Shown here piece after piece: positions 59,480-64,000 of a stretch of 64,000 nucleotides of DNA. The notes below the pieces were generated by a model, which saw nothing but the letters and a program-made list of their open reading frames with translations, did no database searches and was not told where the DNA came from. The first letter of the stretch is position 1. The number at the start of each line of letters is the position of its first letter. The translations under genes were made by a program, and so were the position numbers. Source of the stretch: Octopus vulgaris. Taxonomy: Eukaryota. The DNA lies in assembly GCA_951406725.2 (NCBI GenBank), contig OX597816.1, positions 148,800,001 through 148,864,000 of the forward strand, given 5' to 3'.

Positions 59480-60000
59480 TTATTTATTAAGCACAAGTCT
59501 GTTTGTACCTTTTATTTCAATTATCGTAATGAGTTTTGTTTTGTTTTTGTTTTTGTTTTTTTGGGGGTTTTTTTGTAGTATCCATCTGTTTCCAGGCAGG
59601 TTGTATAAATTAAAAATTACATGTTGTTGATTTCGAAAGATGTGTGTGCTGTGTATTGCGTACAGTGTTCTTTGATAAGTACATAGTGGTTTATGGGATT
59701 TTTTTTTTTTTGTAATTCCAGAAAACACTTAAATATTTTTTTGTGGAGTGGTATCGCTAGGTGTCGAAACCATAATGATGTCCAATAGAGCAGCTGATGA
59801 CGAGATGCCTATATCCGTTTAGATTTAAATTATTTTTGTGGTGCGTATGCGGTAGCTTATATGTTCCCTTTTAGGTTCGGTCCTGTGTACGTCCTTCATA
59901 ATATTTATTGTTAACTTCACTTGTTGTCCTAATGATTTTAGGGTTCTCCTATTCTATGGTATTGGACAGTCTGGCTTTATTCTTTTGCTGAGTCATTTTA
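59480..60000 (-). mobile_element. Decayed Penelope-like GIY-YIG/3' region
   Basis: Faint YTG.....RIRT.KNNL and C-terminal LNK remnants on the minus strand. Confidence 0.3.
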
Positions 60001-60330
60001 TGCTTATATTTAATGCGTTGGCAGGAATCTAAAGAAAATACAAAAACTACTGTTTTCACATATATGTACGTCGTTTCAAGAATTTTTGCATGTATGCAAG
60101 AATATGTGTGCACTATATATGCTTGAATTTTGTTTTCTTTTTTGTTTGGAACAATGTACGTCTTGTAAATTCTGTTACATTTTAAGCTGTATAAAGTAAT
60201 TAATAGACGTTTCGATTTTGCTCGGTATTGTTATAAAACAGTGTTATGGTTTAGTACCTGGAATGGAAAGTGTAGTGCAGGGATAGAGATAGATATGAGT
60301 ATACGCACAGACACAGTGAAAACATGTATG

Positions 60331-60419
<89 letters not shown>

Positions 60420-60876
60420 CACTCGCTCAAACACGCATATACATATGCAAATATCGAACAAAGCGATAAAGGAAAAGAAGATTTCGGAAAAAGTAGATAA
60501 GAGAATACAATAAAAATAGAGAAAACGTAGAAAGACATAATTATTGGTGTGAAACGAAAGTATAAATTGTGCTTTCGGATGTGTAAACTCTGTTTAATCG
60601 TTTAAAGAATCAGTTATTCCATTGTAAAATGTGAGATCACCGCCATGTATAATATAGCTTTGTTTTTGTTTTCTCACTTGTGCTTTTTGTATTTGCTTAT
60701 TTTTTGTTTTATATCATTTGTTTTGGGGTTTTTGGTTTCTTCCTTACATGCATACATCTACTCACATGCATACATCTACCACACACACATACTCTTACAT
60801 ATACATACATTCACTCATATATATATTTATATATATACATATACATACATACATACATACATACATACAAATATGC

Positions 60877-60915
<39 letters not shown>

Positions 60916-61818
60916 GTATGTATGTATATTCAAACGATAATCTTTTATCAGTCGGAAGAACATCGACCGAAGTATGCGAATATGCGAAGACCTCAATTGT
61001 TTGCCATTTTGTACATATGTGTGTGTGTTTTTGTGTGTGTGTGTATTTGTGTCTGTGTGAGTGTACGTGTGTGTGTTTTGTTATGAGTAAAATGCGGCGT
61101 TTTTAGTTGAGTTGAGATATGTACTGTGACGTACATGTAGCTGTTATCTACGTACATTGCTTGTGTTTTTGCTGGAATTTTTTTATTTATATTATGCCCA
61201 CTCGGTCACTTTATACATTTTGAAAGGCTTCAGTAAGAGGGACTCATAGATAATGCGTTCGTTCCATCCTTTTCTCTCGATCAGTTTGCTTTTTAACACT
61301 CATAGTGACCTGGATATGTATACAATATATGCAACTGTATTTTTGAAATAAGGCATTATTTCCTCCAGGCAGATTAAATATATGCTAAAATATTGAAACT
61401 TACATTGTTGTGAGTAAGCTATCTTTCCCGGGATTTCTGGGTTTCGAATTATCGAGAAATTTGGCTAAAAGGGTAATTGGAAATTTCTGGGATTGTATTC
61501 TATTACCCTGGAATTCTCAAAACTTCCAGACAATTTTTAAATGTTTGAGTAGTTCAACAAGTGGTCTTTCACCCCTTTTAAAGATTGTTCGCGGAAATAT
61601 TTTTCCGGAAAAATATTAATGAAACAGACAAACCTTCTACCAAAAGAATCGACCAACAAAAAAAATAATCATCTTCATAAAAAAAAACGATACCAAAATT
61701 GTTGCTATCGAAGGATTTTTCACGAATGCAATAGTTAGAAGTACTTTTTAATGAGGAAATCTATTGCAGATAAAGGTTTGGTTTTAATAAAGACTGATTC
61801 TCATTTAATTTATATGAT

Positions 61819-61949
<131 letters not shown>

Positions 61950-62237
61950 AATGTGATTAGTGAAATAACTAAACAAACGAAGAACTCTGAAAAATTCAAT
62001 ATTTCTTGAGATGAATATACAGCTTTATGTAATCGCAGATATTTACGTGTAAATGTACGCTCATCAAGTAAATCCTGGGATTTAGAAACGATCATAATTT
62101 ATGAAAGTCGGCCTGAAAAATTATTGAATTATCAGAAACAAAACATTTTCAGTTCAACTTTCATTTGAAAAAAATATATAACTGCAGTTGCACTGGAGGA
62201 GTAAGTATTATGGTTAAAGTCTGAAAGGATATTGATT

Positions 62238-62434
62238 ACAAATTTTGGTACAAAGACAGCAATTTCGGGAAAGGGGTAAGCCGATTACATTGGCCCCGGT
62301 GCTCAACATCTACTTATTTTATCGACCCCCCGAAATCGACCTCAGTGAAATTTGAATTCAGAATCTAAAAACTGACGAAATGTCGCTAAGCATTTTGCCC
62401 GATGTGCTACCGATTCTGCCAGCTTACTGTCTTA
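62238..62434 (-). mobile_element. SINE (764-1003 family), reverse orientation
   Basis: ..ATCGACCTCAGTGAAATTTGAATTCAGAA..CGCTAAGCATTTTGCCCG..GATTCTGCCAGCTTACTGTCTTA. Confidence 0.82.
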
Positions 62435-64000
62435 CAGTTTGCAAGGATATAAATTGCGAGTATCAGTTATTTTACACAGAGGGAATATCATTTGAGTGTT
62501 TGAGAGGGTTTTTATTTCCCTACAAGAAGACTGAACCACTCTGGATGTAGTTAGTTTCACTAATGACTTTTGCAACGACCGGTTTTAAGGTACATCGAAT
62601 TATGATCAAAATATAGATTCTGCAGTTACTAGTGTGGTTAATAATTATGTTTATCTGCAGTGAATTGTATTTAGTGGTATGGCTCCTATTGCAGATATCC
62701 GTGAAGAAAATTTAAGCATTAGCAATGTCATTAAAAAGATGGGGCAATTGTCACTTCATCTCGTGGATTCCTAACAAAAAGAAATAAAGTACTCCAAAGA
62801 TGTTAAAGATGAACAGGATCACGAATTGGAATTGATCAATGCTACAAGATGAAATAGCATATACTTCCAATGTCAGGAGGATTCTTGTATTACAAAAGTT
62901 ATGATTGATATGAACAAACACTTCACTTTTCAAGCAATGAATTTGATGCCATTCATGCTGTTGTATTGGAACCAATTAGAATTGGAATTGAACATCTAGG
63001 TGAAAGGGATGCAACCTCAATCTAAGCAGAAGGCAGTGAGTGTTTTTATTCTAGAATTTAAAAGACAAATGAATCCAGTGTTCCTTTTCTTGTAAGAACG
63101 TATCATGAAAAGAATCGTTTCGCAAAAAAAAATCTGATTGGATTGATGCAGTATTAAAATAACTCTCACTTTTAATTTTGAATCTTCCTGATTCATTTAT
63201 AACTTTACCAACTGAAAATTTACAATGTCAGGAAGAAAACGAATAAAAGAATGTTCATCTCTTTGTCAGAAAAATTCTCTATTTCTTATTCCAAATCCGG
63301 ATCCATGATAAATAAGGCATCTATTTCAACGAAAGAAATTCCGATCTAATATGTTCCACTCCAGCCTCATCAATAATTCATGTGTTTCCGACTTCCTGTT
63401 CTGGTTGGTTTTGTATCAATTTAATACCAAAAACGAATGAATGACCGACTTTATTGATATCTAACATGTACTGCCTGACAACATGATAATATATCATTCT
63501 TCAAACGACATGTATTTCTATTACAATTTTGAGGACACAAAAATACAATACATTTACTTTTGCTCGTTTGCTTCTTTCTTTGCTTATTCGTGGCGTTCGA
63601 CAAACATTGCTAACGTTGGTATCAGTGACTTGTGAGAGGATCCTATACTTAATGCAAGTGCATACATTTTTTAAGGAAAAATACAGAAAAGTTTCCAGTT
63701 GCCTTCTGTAAACCCACAAGACGTCAGGAACTCGACACTTCAAGCAAGTGAAATACTTATTTCAATATTGCTTGAGTTCTTTTACTGTTATAATGAATTA
63801 GCCATTGAAAGTTAAGCGCCTTTAGCAGGAGATGTCATGCAGTGTCGAGATGAAATAACTACTGTCACATACGACCCTTGCCTTGGCCATCATAACCACT
63901 CGTAATAACTTGCTCACTATTAACCCTTATCGGTGCGGATTGGAAACGGAGTAAAACCGTTTGCTTTGGAGAGCAAATTTAATATAAGACGAGTAAGATA

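Overview
AT-rich, microsatellite-dense eukaryotic DNA with no protein-coding host gene that I can support. The SINE families look like those I recognise from octopus, so an octopod cephalopod origin is an inference. Most of the window is decayed transposons: about 9 R4/Dong-type REL-LINE pieces tied to (TAA)n/(TAG)n tracts, Tx1/L1, CR1, a near full-length RTE/BovB relic, hAT, a full-length IR/DR Tc1, an internally deleted mariner, MITEs, tRNA-derived SINEs and Penelope-like (PLE) relics. The most interesting signals are (1) several minimal type-I hammerhead-ribozyme motifs in PLE-like non-coding repeats, including an inverted pair at 53.9-54.2 kb, and (2) a non-coding element at 57154-57932 inside (TA)n with two perfect, interleaved inverted repeats (A..B-A'-B'). 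That layout implies a circularly permuted or tandem ~549-nt unit, possibly retrozyme/pLTR-like. Most ORFs in the track are translated microsatellites.
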